Source: an uncultured Dehalococcoidia bacterium
GTDB lineage: Bacteria > Chloroflexota > Dehalococcoidia > Lucifugimonadales > UBA1127
Direction of reading: 5' to 3'
Assembly: GCA_964612825.1 (NCBI GenBank)
Contig: CAZTCW010000032.1
Span: 7,272 to 71,271, forward strand
Length of the DNA: 64,000 nt
Below, in pieces: positions 1-10,135 of this stretch. Each line of letters begins with the position of its first letter. Positions within the stretch are counted from its first letter, which is position 1. The position numbers and the translations under genes are program-made. The notes beneath the pieces are model-generated. The model saw nothing but the letters and a program-made list of their open reading frames with translations, was not told the origin of the DNA and did not search any database.

Positions 1-43
1 GATTCCGGACAATTGAATGAAGGTGGGTCGAAAAAGCACTCCT

Positions 44-817
44 CTACCCCCTCCCAATGAAAGGCATTTTGGTCGCCATAATGGTCATGAATTGAACGTT
101 TGTATCTAGGGGCAGGTTAGTCATAAATAAAATAGCGTCAGCTACATGTTTCAATTCGAATTTTGGCTCCGGTTCCGCAGACCCTTTATGCACAGCAGTG
201 CCTTTTATCATATTTGAAGCCAAAGATGTATCCGCATTGCCTATATCAATCTGCCCACAGGCAATATCGTATTTACGTCCGTCTAGGGATATCGATTTCG
301 TTAATCCCGTTATGGCATGTTTGGTGGAAGTGTATGGAGCAGAATTTGGCCTAGGCGCATGGGCAGAAATGGATCCGTTATTAATAATTCGTCCCCCCAT
401 TGGATCCTGGGATTTCATAATTTTTATTGCTTCTTGTGCGCATAGGAAACTACCTGTTAAATTTGTCTCCACTGCTGCGGTCCATTGCTCAAGAGTTAAA
501 TCTTCCAAAAGACCAGGCGGGGACATAACCCCCGCATTATTAAAAAGAACGTCGAGCCTGCCAAAGCGTTCCCAAACAAATTGGAACAACGATTGAACAG
601 AACCCTGATCCCGAACGTCAGTTTGGAGAGGGGTTACCTCTCCGTCAAGCTCTTCCCCATCAGCTACTACCTCTAGCAGTGTATCCATACGTCGCCCAGC
701 TATCACAACGGAATACCCATTTCCTGCCAATGCCAATGCCGCGCAACGACCAATCCCGGAACCTCCCCCAGTAACGACGGCTATTTTTTTCATTGATTTT
801 TTCCCTTCCTTCACCAA
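44..817 (-). CDS. Short-chain dehydrogenase/reductase (SDR) family oxidoreductase
   Basis: Rossmann motif [13 protein letters not shown], and catalytic YTSTK (YxxxK). The ATG at 793, preceded by GGAAGGGA, is a more likely start than the TTG at 817. Confidence 0.85.
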   Translation of the reverse strand: MVKEGKKSMKKIAVVTGGGSGIGRCAALALAGNGYSVVIAGRRMDTLLEVVADGEELDGEVTPLQTDVRDQGSVQSLFQFVWERFGRLDVLFNNAGVMSPPGLLEDLTLEQWTAAVETNLTGSFLCAQEAIKIMKSQDPMGGRIINNGSISAHAPRPNSAPYTSTKHAITGLTKSISLDGRKYDIACGQIDIGNADTSLASNMIKGTAVHKGSAEPEPKFELKHVADAILFMTNLPLDTNVQFMTIMATKMPFIGRG

Positions 818-874
818 AAATGTTGTCCCGTTGTTCTAACCGAAGAGTCCTTCTCTTCCATCGGATTCACCTTA

Positions 875-1666
875 TCATTGAAATACAGACCCTAAAGAAC
901 CACCTCCAGCTGCGATAGATTCTCCGGTTATGCATTCTGCTTTCGGGGAAGAAAGATAAGTTACCAAATAGGCAATTTCTTCTGGCTGGATTATTCGTCT
1001 GATCGCAGTATTCCGGGAGCCCATTTCCTCAATTTCCTGAAGGCTAACACCTTCTTGAACAGCTCGACTATCCATCCTTTGGCGCACCCCTTCGGTTTGG
1101 GTGCTTCCCGGATGAACAATGTTAACTGTGATTCCATCAGGACCTAATTGATCCGACATCGTTTTCGTCATATGCACTATCGCAAGGTTCCTCAAACCAT
1201 AGATCGTTGCCTGTCTCGCTGAAAGCCCTCCAATGCTAATAATTCTTCCCCATTTTTGCTTTTGCATAAAAGGAGCCACAGCCTTAATGCAACGAAAATA
1301 ACCTACGACCTTGGTATCCAAATCTTCAATTAAGTCTTTTTCTTCCGCCTCAGCCAAGGTTCCCCGGACCTGACCCCCGACCATGGCAGCATTGTTGACC
1401 AAAATATCAACCTTCCCTAAGGATGCTATCGTAGTGCTGATCATATTTTCAACGGCACTCGTATTGGTCATGTCTGCGACAATGGGAATGATTTTTCTCC
1501 CCGTTTCTGAGGCGAGTTCTTTGGCTGAAACCTCAAGCGATTCAGCGTTTCTCGAACAAATCGCGACGTCCACTCCTTCTCTTGCTAATTCCCGTGCTAT
1601 GACCTTTCCAATTCCACGACTTCCCCCGGTCACAATAGCGACTTTCCCAGTTAACCCGAGATCCAT
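875..1666 (-). CDS. SDR family oxidoreductase (FabG-like), atypical catalytic motif
   Basis: VTGGSRGIG and NNAA motifs with SDR length. The usual YxxxK position reads YGLRN, so the Lys is not conserved. Confidence 0.8.
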   Translation of the reverse strand: MDLGLTGKVAIVTGGSRGIGKVIARELAREGVDVAICSRNAESLEVSAKELASETGRKIIPIVADMTNTSAVENMISTTIASLGKVDILVNNAAMVGGQVRGTLAEAEEKDLIEDLDTKVVGYFRCIKAVAPFMQKQKWGRIISIGGLSARQATIYGLRNLAIVHMTKTMSDQLGPDGITVNIVHPGSTQTEGVRQRMDSRAVQEGVSLQEIEEMGSRNTAIRRIIQPEEIAYLVTYLSSPKAECITGESIAAGGGSLGSVFQ

Positions 1667-1744
1667 CCTGTACCTCCTATTGATGAGTATGCTTTATACC
1701 ATATCAATTCAGTAATAGGGTCCTGCACTTGCTCCTCTTCAGGC

Positions 1745-2041
1745 TCACGCCATTTCATAAAACTCAATAAACGTGGATTCCTGAAGTTCGTTCAATTCAT
1801 TATAAATTTTAGAGAGGTCTTGGGGTGACTTCGCTTCTGGTCCATATGGAGAACGTAATGTCTCCTCTGTCCAATCCATATACACGGTATCAGGGGTTCC
1901 AGGAACGGTATACCCACTCCAATAAACCCGTGTTTGAGATCTCCCAAGACTTTCATAGGCCTTGGCCATTTGGCTTACCAACTGGGCAGCTCGATACGTT
2001 GAACCAGGCTTAACCTTGAATCCTCTTCTTACTAAATACAT
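1745..2041 (-). CDS. Hypothetical small protein (possibly NIPSNAP/ABM-like alpha-beta barrel)
   Basis: 98-aa ORF in a coding-dense context. The only family hint is a weak resemblance (FKVKPG start, size). No diagnostic motif. Confidence 0.45.
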   Translation of the reverse strand: MYLVRRGFKVKPGSTYRAAQLVSQMAKAYESLGRSQTRVYWSGYTVPGTPDTVYMDWTEETLRSPYGPEAKSPQDLSKIYNELNELQESTFIEFYEMA

Positions 2042-2405
2042 TCCACTCCTTCCAATCTAATCAATATTACTAGTCACGACAGCGAAACTGATAGAAAACA
2101 GTATTACATGACAATAAAACCTTATGAGATTAAAGGTAAACATTCTAAAAAGGTATGTTACCTCATTTCAAAGAAGAGATTCTATCGTTTCAACGATTTT
2201 TACCCAACTAGAGTCGTACTCCCAAAGAAATACCAGGAACGACTGGCAGTATCATAGCCAATTCCGCTACAATAGTTCCTGGATTATTCGCCATCTCAAG
2301 GAGAGGATCGCCTTCATCCCTTTTCCTTTCCTAAGGGAAGATCTAGTAAAAAGGATCTTATTCATTCTGGAACAACATTACGAAAGCTCCTTTGAAAGTA
2401 CGGAT

Positions 2406-5400
2406 ATGGATCAAGAAACCCGCATAAGAACTTTAAAGTCCCAGCTAAACTCCCGCGTCGTTATTGTTGATGGTGCGATGGGAACCAGTATCCAAGCACT
2501 CAACTTAGCTCCCAGTGATTTTGGGGGGCCAGAATTCGATGGCTGTAATGAATACCTTAATTTGTTACAGCCAGAAATTATCAAAAATATTCACCGAACA
2601 TTCCTTGAAGCAGGGGCTGATATCTTGGAGACTAATTCCTTCGGAGCAACCCCCTTAGTTCTTGGGGAGTACGGACTAGCCGATAAGGCCCAGGAAATAA
2701 ACAAGGTTGCATCGGAACTTGCCCGAGAAGTTGCTACGGAGTACTCGAGTCAATCCCACCTGAGGTTTGTCGCGGGATCCATGGGCCCAACAACCAAGGC
2801 CATTTCTGTAACCGGTGGAGTGACTTGGGACGAACTGGCCGAACATTACTATATTCAGGCGCTAGGTCTTATCCAAGGGAATGCAGACTTCCTTCTTCTG
2901 GAAACATCCCAGGATACCCTAAACGTAAAAGCAGCGTTGGAAGGTATTGATCGAGCTTCGGCCAAATTGGGAATTGATATCCCTGTTGCAGTGCAATGCA
3001 CGATCGAAACAATGGGAACTACATTGGGCGGACAAGATATCGAATCATTTTATACCTCCATTGCACACCGAAATTTACTTTGGATAGGGATGAATTGTGC
3101 GACTGGACCAAGCTTTATGAGAGATCATCTACGGACACTTTCAAGCATGTCCCGATTCCCGATTGCTGCAATTCCGAATGCTGGTTTACCTGATGAAAAC
3201 GGAGCATATAACGAAACGCCGGAAATCCTCGCTGGAACCCTTGGAGATTATCTGAACTACGGCTGGACAAACATCATCGGAGGATGCTGTGGAACTACCC
3301 CCGAACACATTAAATCCCTTGTCCAACTAGCCCAAGGGAAAGAAGTCTCCCATACGCCTCCAGTATCGGTAACAGCTGTCTCCGGATTAGATCATTTGAT
3401 CATCGAAGAAGATAACCGCCCGATCATCGTAGGAGAAAGGACCAACGTCCTTGGAAGTCGCAGATTCAAACGTCTTATCTCAGAAGGAAAGTTTGAAGAG
3501 GCTGCAGAAATCGGCCGTCACCAAGTAAGGGGAGGAGCTCACGTCCTAGACGTATGCCTTCAGGATCCTGACAGAGACGAAGTTTCAGATGTTTCTGAAT
3601 TTCTTGAAATCCTTATACGGAAGGTTAAAGCTCCTCTTGTTATCGATTCAACCGATCAAGTTGTTATCGAAGAATCTCTTAAGCGAACCCCCGGGAAAAG
3701 CATCATAAATTCAATCAATCTGGAAGATGGGGAAGAACGCTTTAATTCAGTAGTCCCCCTAGCCCGCCGCTATGGCGCTGCGTTAGTTGTTGGTTGCATA
3801 GACGATGATAAAACTCAGGCACAAGCTATCACCCGCGAACGAAAATTAGAGGTGGCTAAACGATCCTACAACCTTCTAACCCGTAAATACGGAGTACCCG
3901 GGGAAGATATTATTTTCGACCCTTTAGTTTTCCCAATCGGTACTGGTGATGAGAATTACATTGGTGCCGGCTTAGAAACCATCGAAGGTGTCCGTGTAAT
4001 TAAAGAAAAATTCCCTGACGCCAAAACAATCCTAGGAATTTCTAATGTGTCTTTCGGTTTGCCTCCTGCTGGCCGAGAAGTACTCAATTCGGTTTTTCTG
4101 TACCACTGTGTCCAAGCAGGATTAGATTTAGCTATCGTGAACTCTCAAGCAATGATGCGGTATGCTTCAATCCCAGAAGAAGATAGAGCCGTCTGCGAAA
4201 ACCTCATATGGTGGCAAGGAGAGGATCCAATCCGCTCCTTTGCCGATCACTTTCGCGAACGAAAAGTAGAAACGAGCCAAGCCGATCGGGATAAACTTCC
4301 CCTACGCGAACGGATATCCCGCTGCATTATCGAAGGGACGAAAGAAGGACTCACAGGAGATCTTGACCAACTCTTAAACGAAACGGGCCCCCTGGAAATT
4401 ATTAACGGTCCGCTGATGGCAGGAATGGACGAAGTCGGCAGATTATTCGCTAGTAATGAACTTATAGTCGCAGAGGTTCTTGAGTCGGCTGAAGCAATGA
4501 AAGCAGCCGTTTCACACCTTGAACCCCACATGGAATCAGAAGGGCTAGCGGAATCGAGAGGAACCATTATTCTGGCGACCGTCAAAGGGGATGTTCACGA
4601 TATTGGTAAAAACCTTGTGGACATCATTTTGTCCAACAATGGGTTTAAGGTGATTAACCTTGGAATTCGAGTTCCCCCATTCGACTTGATAGAAGCATCC
4701 AAAACACATAACCCAGACATGATCGGTCTTTCTGGATTACTGGTTAAATCTGCTCAAATGATGGTAGATACGGCTCGTGATTTTCAATCAGCGGGCCTAG
4801 GAATTCCGATCTTAGTAGGGGGAGCCGCTCTCACGAACCGGTTTACGCGGTTACGAATAGCTCCTGAATACGACAGTCCGGTGGTTTATGCTCAAGATGC
4901 GATGACTGGCTTATCATTAGCCGGACAGCTAGCCGACCCAAAACAACGGGAACAACTTGCCTTAAAATTAGGAGAGGAATCCAAATCAATACTAGCTTCT
5001 GTGAGCGCAGCTCAACCAACCTCCGCCATCCCTCGATCAAGACAAACCACTCCTAAATCTCAAGTCCAGCCCATTAACCAACCCCCAATTCCTCCAGACC
5101 TTGTCTCCCACGTCATCCTGGATCATGACTTGACGGAAATATTTCCTTACATTAATCCCACAATGCTTTATGTTCGGCACTTAGGGTTCCGGGGGAGATT
5201 CCAGGATCTCCTTGAAAAAGGGGATCCCAAAGCGATTGAATTACAGCAGCAAGTAAATTCGGTAGAGAACGACATGCTATCTAACTCCAAAATACAAGCA
5301 AAGGCTGTCTATAAATTTTTCAGGGCTGCCTCCGATGGAGACGATGTGGTTATTCTCTCGTCAGATGGACAAATCGAAATTGAGCGATTCCACTTCGGCA

Positions 5401-5927
5401 GGCAGAACGACAGAGACAAATTATGTCTTTCTGACTACCTTCAACCCAAGAGTTCTGGAATTCCGGATTATGTTGGCATGTTTGTTACTAGTATCGGCCC
5501 CGGGATTCGAGAAATAGCTGAAAATTGGAGAATAAAGGGAGACTACCTAAGGTCGCATATCCTCCAGATTCTGGCTATAGAAGGAGCCGAAGGGTTCGCA
5601 GAACTTCTCCACGAACGAATGCGATTAATGTTGGGCATAGGAGACCCTCCAATGCTGACCAAGGAAGATCTCTTTCGAACGAATTACCAAGGAAAAAGAT
5701 TCTCTTTTGGGTACCCAGCTTGTCCTAGACTAGAAGACCAAGAGAAATTATGGAAACTACTCGATCCAAATTCTTCAATCCAAGTTGACTTAACGGAAGG
5801 ATTTATGATGGATCCCGAAGGATCCGTTAGCGCTATTGTTTTTCATCACCCAGAAGCGAAATACTTCAACCTCGATGAGGCCGATATAGATGCTCTGGAG
5901 CATAAGATTTCCATGGGGCGGGGGTGA
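2406..5927 (+). CDS. metH: Cobalamin-dependent methionine synthase
   Basis: Hcy-binding domain (VIVDGAMGTSIQ), pterin-binding domain, B12-binding DxHxxG (GDVHDIGKN) and AdoMet-activation domain (RFSFGYPACP). The start at ATG 2406 (MDQETRIRTLKSQLNSRVVIVDG) aligns with known MetH N-termini. The ORF-track start at 2124 adds 94 non-homologous residues. Confidence 0.95.
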   Translation: MDQETRIRTLKSQLNSRVVIVDGAMGTSIQALNLAPSDFGGPEFDGCNEYLNLLQPEIIKNIHRTFLEAGADILETNSFGATPLVLGEYGLADKAQEINKVASELAREVATEYSSQSHLRFVAGSMGPTTKAISVTGGVTWDELAEHYYIQALGLIQGNADFLLLETSQDTLNVKAALEGIDRASAKLGIDIPVAVQCTIETMGTTLGGQDIESFYTSIAHRNLLWIGMNCATGPSFMRDHLRTLSSMSRFPIAAIPNAGLPDENGAYNETPEILAGTLGDYLNYGWTNIIGGCCGTTPEHIKSLVQLAQGKEVSHTPPVSVTAVSGLDHLIIEEDNRPIIVGERTNVLGSRRFKRLISEGKFEEAAEIGRHQVRGGAHVLDVCLQDPDRDEVSDVSEFLEILIRKVKAPLVIDSTDQVVIEESLKRTPGKSIINSINLEDGEERFNSVVPLARRYGAALVVGCIDDDKTQAQAITRERKLEVAKRSYNLLTRKYGVPGEDIIFDPLVFPIGTGDENYIGAGLETIEGVRVIKEKFPDAKTILGISNVSFGLPPAGREVLNSVFLYHCVQAGLDLAIVNSQAMMRYASIPEEDRAVCENLIWWQGEDPIRSFADHFRERKVETSQADRDKLPLRERISRCIIEGTKEGLTGDLDQLLNETGPLEIINGPLMAGMDEVGRLFASNELIVAEVLESAEAMKAAVSHLEPHMESEGLAESRGTIILATVKGDVHDIGKNLVDIILSNNGFKVINLGIRVPPFDLIEASKTHNPDMIGLSGLLVKSAQMMVDTARDFQSAGLGIPILVGGAALTNRFTRLRIAPEYDSPVVYAQDAMTGLSLAGQLADPKQREQLALKLGEESKSILASVSAAQPTSAIPRSRQTTPKSQVQPINQPPIPPDLVSHVILDHDLTEIFPYINPTMLYVRHLGFRGRFQDLLEKGDPKAIELQQQVNSVENDMLSNSKIQAKAVYKFFRAASDGDDVVILSSDGQIEIERFHFGRQNDRDKLCLSDYLQPKSSGIPDYVGMFVTSIGPGIREIAENWRIKGDYLRSHILQILAIEGAEGFAELLHERMRLMLGIGDPPMLTKEDLFRTNYQGKRFSFGYPACPRLEDQEKLWKLLDPNSSIQVDLTEGFMMDPEGSVSAIVFHHPEAKYFNLDEADIDALEHKISMGRG

Positions 5928-5999
5928 AAATTCACCTTCCAGATAAAGATGATGAAAGCGTCTAAAAATTTTAGAGTGAACCGATGAAAGTATTGGAAA

Positions 6000-6197
6000 A
6001 TGATGAATCAACTGGGTTTACTTGTTGAAGGTCTCTGCACGAAATGTAGTCATTCCCGGGCGATAACTTCCGGAAAAGGATCAATCTTTATATTCTGTAA
6101 TAAATCTACGAAAGACCCGAGCTTCCTAAAATACCCAAGGATCCCAGTACTTAGTTGTCCAGGATTCAACAAAAATATCTCGGATATTCCCAATTAG
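6000..6197 (+). CDS. Small Cys-rich (putative Zn-binding) conserved hypothetical protein
   Basis: 65-aa ORF between metH and metF with CxxC...C...C spacing (CTKC...FCNK...SCPGF) and a KYPRIPV motif that I recall from small hypothetical proteins. No named family. Confidence 0.45.
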   Translation: MMNQLGLLVEGLCTKCSHSRAITSGKGSIFIFCNKSTKDPSFLKYPRIPVLSCPGFNKNISDIPN

Positions 6198-6335
6198 GTT
6201 TTAAGCTATCCAAAGCAGTATAACTGGCCTTTCAACAAACTCCATGTAAGAATATTAATTGTTGATGAATCCAAATTTTCTTCGCGATATAAAATTAGAT
6301 GACGGCTTACCAAATATCCACCGCGAGTTCAAATT

Positions 6336-7214
6336 ATGAAATTAGAAGAAATTTTCAAGAAAAAATCCCCGGCCATATCTTTTGAACTCTTCCCTCCACG
6401 GACACAAAAAGGGATGAGTGACTTGGAAGAACGTTTACCAAAATTGATTTCCCTAAATCCCGACTTTATCACCGTAACCTATGGGGCACTAGGGAGCAAT
6501 CGGGACCAAACACTAGAGATAACTTCTCAAATAAAAAATCAGTACAAAATGGAAACCGCCCATCACCTCACCTGCGTGGGTGCCACACAGGAAGAACTCA
6601 CTGAGACTCTCTATCAAATCCAGGAACATAACATCGAAAACATCATCGCCCTCAGGGGAGACCCTCCACAAGGAACATCGACATTCATCCAACCCAAAAA
6701 TGGGTATTTACATGCCAACGAACTCGTAGAACATGTCCGGAGACATGGGGAATTCGGGATAGGGGTCGCTGGATACCCAGAGACTCATTCTGAAGCAATC
6801 GACGCGGACATTGACCTCAAAAACTTAAAACGTAAAGTCGATAGCGGAGCAGATATCGTGATAACTCAACTGTACTATGACAATCAACATTACTTTCGAT
6901 TTTTGAACCGATGCAAGGCTCTCGGAATAACTCAACCGATTATTCCTGGTTTGATGCCCATTCTTAGTTTTGAACAGATCAAACGAATTACTTCCATGTG
7001 CGGGGCAACCATTCCCCCTCTGCTTCTAAGATCTATGGAAGAAGCAGAGGGGGATCAAGCAAAAATCCATGAAATTGGGATAACTCATACAGCGAACCAA
7101 GCACTCGATCTTTTACGGAGTGGCGTGCCGGGGATCCACTTTTACGTACTCAACCAACATTTCCACATCTCAGAGATTATGGAACGAATAAAATGCGCTC
7201 TTCCTCAAGGTTAG
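6336..7214 (+). CDS. metF: 5,10-methylenetetrahydrofolate reductase
   Basis: MTHFR family signature region (ISFELFPPRT, HLTC, ALRGDPP) and length of about 290 aa. Sits next to metH. Confidence 0.9.
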   Translation: MKLEEIFKKKSPAISFELFPPRTQKGMSDLEERLPKLISLNPDFITVTYGALGSNRDQTLEITSQIKNQYKMETAHHLTCVGATQEELTETLYQIQEHNIENIIALRGDPPQGTSTFIQPKNGYLHANELVEHVRRHGEFGIGVAGYPETHSEAIDADIDLKNLKRKVDSGADIVITQLYYDNQHYFRFLNRCKALGITQPIIPGLMPILSFEQIKRITSMCGATIPPLLLRSMEEAEGDQAKIHEIGITHTANQALDLLRSGVPGIHFYVLNQHFHISEIMERIKCALPQG

Positions 7215-7396
7215 AATATCGACTTGAAAGATGCTTCCTAGCTCCCACCCCTGATTAGCTAATCTCAAATCCATAGAATTTACAATTTTTGAGGTAGGAA
7301 TAACTTTGTTCTGCCCTCCGATGCGGCTGGATGTACCCTTTCAAAATTAAGATGTACAATTACAGGACGAGCTAATCTCGGGTTCAAAGGAAAGAG

Positions 7397-8899
7397 ATGA
7401 AGAACTTCGCAATCATTATTTTCCTTCTCGCAATGACCACAATATTTCTTTCCTGTGAGGGGGCTCAGGGTATTCAAGGCCCCCGGGGAGAACAAGGAAT
7501 CCAGGGAATCCCTGGGCCCGAAGGTGCAGAAGGTCCCGAGGGTTCCCAAGGAAGCCAAGGAGAGATGGGCCCGGCAGGAACTCAGGGGAAGCCAGGGATT
7601 CCTGGGACCATCGGCCCTCAGGGGGATCTTGGCCCTGCTGGAACAGCAGGGGAACAAGGAATCCAGGGAATTCCCGGGCCGAAAGGGGATACCGGACCTA
7701 AAGGAGCACAGGGCTCAGGTGGTTCAATGGGATCACCGGGCGCTCCGGGAGCAACCGGACCGAAAGGGGATACCGGATTGTGGGGGACAGTGAATCGCGC
7801 GATCCCGACCACAAACGTTATCACCCTTCTTGACCAGGCCGGCGACGTCGGCCAGTATCCTGCGATTACCATCGGAAAAGACGGACTTGGTCTCATTGCC
7901 TATTACGATGCTACCAATGACGATCTCATTGTTGCCCATTGCTCCAATATAAACTGCACCCATATAAGCAAGACCGTTGTAGACTCCAACGGGGGAGAAT
8001 ACATCTCGATTGCCATCGGAGCAGACGGACAGGGATTAATCAGCTATTACGACTCAACAAATGATGACCTCAAGCTTGTACACTGCCTGAACGTAACCTG
8101 TTCCCAGTACGACGCTCCTGTAACCCTGGATAGCGACGGGGATGTCGGGGCAAGCACATCCCTGGCTATAGGAGGGGATGGCTTGGGACTTATCGCCTAT
8201 TACGGACGGGATGTCAAAGACCTGAAGATGGCTCATTGCAGTAATATCTCCTGTTCAGAAGCAACTATCACCTCCCCTGACAGGGATAACGATATGGGAC
8301 AGTATTCCTCTCTGGCTATCGGGGTTGATGGCCTGGGAATTGTCAGCTACTACGATGCGACCAATAAGAACCTCAAAGTGGCCCACTGCTCTAACGTTCA
8401 CTGCTCAGAAGCAACAATTACCACTCTCGACTCTACTGGGGATGTTGGACTCTACACATCCATAACGATCTCAGCGCAAGGCTTCCCTTTTATCAGCTAT
8501 TATGATGCTACCAACGATGACTTAAAGGTCGTACCTTGTTTGACGCAAACATGCAGCTCAGGCATTGGTTATACGCGTGATTCAGCAGGAGGATTATACA
8601 CCTCCTCCACGCTTGGATCTGACGGCGCACTCCTTACAACTTACTATGATTTGACAAATGGCCACCTCAAAATCCACCACTGCCTTTTGACAGGTAATGG
8701 TGGAATTCCAGAGAGATGTGCTATCGCAGGGGAACTGTTAGACGGGACTGGGAAAGCAAATACCTCTTCCTATCCAACTTCCGTTACTTTAGGAGCAGAC
8801 GGTCTTCCACTCATCGCCTACTACGACACGACGAATACCGGTCTAAAGGTAACCCATTGTGCCAACGTCTTCTGTTCTCCCTATTTCCGAAGAAGATAA
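7397..8899 (+). CDS. Secreted or lipoprotein with collagen-like G-X-Y stalk and seven-repeat (propeller-like) C-terminal domain
   Basis: Hydrophobic signal ending FLSC, then 36 uninterrupted Gly-X-Y triplets, then seven repeats of about 50 aa (..[30 protein letters not shown]..). Confidence 0.85.
   Translation: MKNFAIIIFLLAMTTIFLSCEGAQGIQGPRGEQGIQGIPGPEGAEGPEGSQGSQGEMGPAGTQGKPGIPGTIGPQGDLGPAGTAGEQGIQGIPGPKGDTGPKGAQGSGGSMGSPGAPGATGPKGDTGLWGTVNRAIPTTNVITLLDQAGDVGQYPAITIGKDGLGLIAYYDATNDDLIVAHCSNINCTHISKTVVDSNGGEYISIAIGADGQGLISYYDSTNDDLKLVHCLNVTCSQYDAPVTLDSDGDVGASTSLAIGGDGLGLIAYYGRDVKDLKMAHCSNISCSEATITSPDRDNDMGQYSSLAIGVDGLGIVSYYDATNKNLKVAHCSNVHCSEATITTLDSTGDVGLYTSITISAQGFPFISYYDATNDDLKVVPCLTQTCSSGIGYTRDSAGGLYTSSTLGSDGALLTTYYDLTNGHLKIHHCLLTGNGGIPERCAIAGELLDGTGKANTSSYPTSVTLGADGLPLIAYYDTTNTGLKVTHCANVFCSPYFRRR
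7460..7786 (+). repeat. Collagen-like triplet repeat coding region (36 x G-X-Y)
   Basis: Direct translation. The region contains a near-identical ~33-nt direct repeat at 7487..7519 and 7649..7681 ([11 protein letters not shown]). It is locally GC-rich, which produces spurious antisense ORFs. Confidence 0.9.
7823..8896 (+). repeat. Seven tandem ~50-aa protein repeats (YYD-x-TN-x-DLK-x-x-HC-x-N-x-x-C)
   Basis: Counted by eye in the translation. Blades 1-5 and 7 keep the HC..xxC Cys pair, and blade 6 has a longer insert between its Cys residues. Confidence 0.75.
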
Positions 8900-8936
8900 T
8901 CGAAGGCTCCTTCTCTGGGCACACCCTATTCGGCAA

Positions 8937-9995
8937 TCACGGCTTCATGCCGAACCCTGCCCGGATCCATTTGAGTCGTTTAATGATTTCGAAAAGAACA
9001 AGACTTCCCCCATAGGTCATGAACAGCACCAAGGCTAATTTCCCAAAAGGAGAAATTTCCAACGGGAAAACAAGGGAAGCCATAAAAAACTGGACCGGCA
9101 TATGGACCACGTAAACGGGATACACGGCTCCGCTGAGATATTCAAGGAGTTTCCCCCTACGATTGAGATAAGTAGACGCAAATCCGAAGGCTGACAGTAT
9201 CCAGCATACTGATTCGAATGAGGTAAGGAGGTTTCCAGTAATCTCAGTTGGTTCCATAGAAGACATGCGAAGGAAATAAAGGGATAGAGCGATGATCAAC
9301 GTCCAATACTTCAATCTTCTTAAGGAGAACCAAAACTCTTCCCCGCGTGAAACAAAGAAATACCCGAGAGAAAAACAGACACCGCCCACAATAAGCCCAT
9401 GATGGGGAGTCGGCGCCCAGAGAGTGAAATTGGCATACCCCTTAGGATTCACAAGAAATGCTTCAATCAACATGGGAACCGCAAAAAGAACAAGAGGGCC
9501 TAGAGGCATCCTCAATACACGAGAAATTAATTTTGGGAACCAGTTTTCAGGGTTTTTCTTTAGGTACCAGAAAAGAGGAAGAAGAAATATCACATAAAGA
9601 AATATATGTCCTAAAAACCACAAGTGCCCTGATCCTGGCCAATAAGCCAGGGGTTTTTCATAATATAAAAAGAAGAGAACAAAATAGATAGGAACGATAA
9701 AGAGTGACCCGAAAACCAATGGGACAAAAATCCTCACGGTCCGATCGAAAAGCAACTCAACCCAGTTTCTTCGCTCCAAGGCAAAGAAGACTCCCATCCC
9801 GGAGACCATAAAGAGGATAGGGAGCCTCCAGATGTTTATAAGTTCCATTAAGGGCCAAAGATTTTCAAGTGAATCCTCGTTGGTAATAAAAAGAATCCTC
9901 CCGCCCCAAGGTTGGAACCCGACCATGATGTGATATAGGATGAGGAGGCCCAAGGCAAACACCCGGATAGAATCAACATCATATCTTCTAATCAT
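8937..9995 (-). CDS. Acyltransferase family 3 (integral membrane O-acyltransferase)
   Basis: N-terminus MIRRYDVDSIRVFALGLLILYHI matches the acyltransferase_3 signature (D..R......V...H). About 10 TM segments. Confidence 0.8.
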   Translation of the reverse strand: MIRRYDVDSIRVFALGLLILYHIMVGFQPWGGRILFITNEDSLENLWPLMELINIWRLPILFMVSGMGVFFALERRNWVELLFDRTVRIFVPLVFGSLFIVPIYFVLFFLYYEKPLAYWPGSGHLWFLGHIFLYVIFLLPLFWYLKKNPENWFPKLISRVLRMPLGPLVLFAVPMLIEAFLVNPKGYANFTLWAPTPHHGLIVGGVCFSLGYFFVSRGEEFWFSLRRLKYWTLIIALSLYFLRMSSMEPTEITGNLLTSFESVCWILSAFGFASTYLNRRGKLLEYLSGAVYPVYVVHMPVQFFMASLVFPLEISPFGKLALVLFMTYGGSLVLFEIIKRLKWIRAGFGMKP

Positions 9996-10135
9996 GGTGG
10001 GTTCCCATTAAAGAATCACAATTAATGCGTTGGGGAGGGTATTCAGATACCTCAACAAATTTTACTACCCATAAACCCATCCCGTCGATTCATATGGAGT
10101 TTCTTCTAAATCCAGTTCAGCAACACCAAATGGGA

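Noticed and set aside
2124-2405. N-terminal 94-aa extension of the metH ORF in the track, and a possible riboswitch (S-box, cobalamin or SAH) in the 360-nt metH leader
   Set aside because: The extension has no similarity to MetH, and the MDQETRIRTLKSQLN... start aligns with known N-termini. I found short stems (2211-2216/2238-2243 and 2232-2239/2274-2281) but none of the conserved cores (no B12 box GCCACUG, no S-box GGUGCUAA, no SAH motif). No riboswitch is claimed.
7280-7896. Three long ORFs overlapping the collagen-like region (7280..7657 minus, 7455..7793 plus, 7618..7896 minus)
   Set aside because: They are artefacts of the GC-rich, stop-poor G-X-Y triplet repeat. They translate to Pro/Gly/Arg-rich low-complexity strings, and the +1-frame G-X-Y reading with a signal peptide is clearly the real gene.
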